A DNA stretch of 64,000 nucleotides, from contig OX597831.1 of assembly GCA_951406725.2 (NCBI GenBank), positions 13,578,001-13,642,000 on the forward strand, written 5' to 3'. The translations under genes and the position numbers were made by a program. This document shows, piece after piece, positions 63,629 to 64,000 of this stretch (position 1 is its first letter; each line of letters begins with the position of its first letter). The notes below the pieces were generated by a model that did no database searches, was not told the origin of the DNA, and saw nothing but the letters and a program-made list of their open reading frames with translations. Source of the DNA: Octopus vulgaris (taxonomy: Eukaryota).

Positions 63629-64000
63629 ACATGCCTCCTCATTGATATGACTGTCCCAATCGATATAAACGTATCTGTCAAGACCTACCAAAACCTGAGC
63701 AAATATTAAGATCTTGAAATAGAAATCAGCAAAATGTGGAACCTGAAGACTAAAACAATACCTGTTGTCATAGGTGCCCTGGGAATGATAGCAAAAGGGG
63801 CTGATTGCCACCTAATTCAGATACCAGGAAACCCCAAAATGGCAGAAATTCAAAAGATAGTGCTCATGGGAACTGCTCATATCCTACGCAAAATACTTTC
63901 TATGTAATCTCAAGATTTAAAACACACATAATTTTCGTATGTTTTTTTTTAGACATTCACTAGTACAACACTAAATACAAAACCAAATATATGGCACACT
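63629..64000 (+). mobile_element. 5'-truncated R4/Dong-like LINE (second subfamily): RLE C-terminus plus 3' UTR running off the window
   Basis: TCLLIDMTVPIDINVSVKTYQNLSKY*DLEIEISKMWNLKTKTIPVVIGALG..IQKIVLMGTAHILRKILSM* (stop 63905-63907), directly after a (TAA)n/(GAA)n tract. Confidence 0.9.

Overview
AT-rich eukaryotic repeat landscape, very likely octopus (inferred from the tRNA-derived SINE families and the extreme microsatellite density). I find no intact host gene; almost all tracked ORFs are microsatellite or satellite artefacts. Recognisable content: many SINEs of four families; LINE relics (CR1-like 3' end, R4/Dong-like RLE elements beside (TAA)n, an RTE 5' end); a Gypsy integrase end with PPT and LTR; a Tc1/mariner transposase relic, two mariner foldback MITEs, a hAT relic and a non-autonomous Helitron; and possibly a decayed intronless Cys-loop (chemotactile-receptor-like) gene at about 20.96-22.25 kb. 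The most striking signal is a set of asymmetric foldback elements of Penelope pLTR type, mostly in (TA)n tracts, several carrying minimal hammerhead ribozymes. In one of them the usual 3-45 bp spacer between the inverted arms is replaced by a 10 kb purine-rich 59-bp satellite with higher-order structure (22738-34387). All calls were made by eye, without alignment or database searches.
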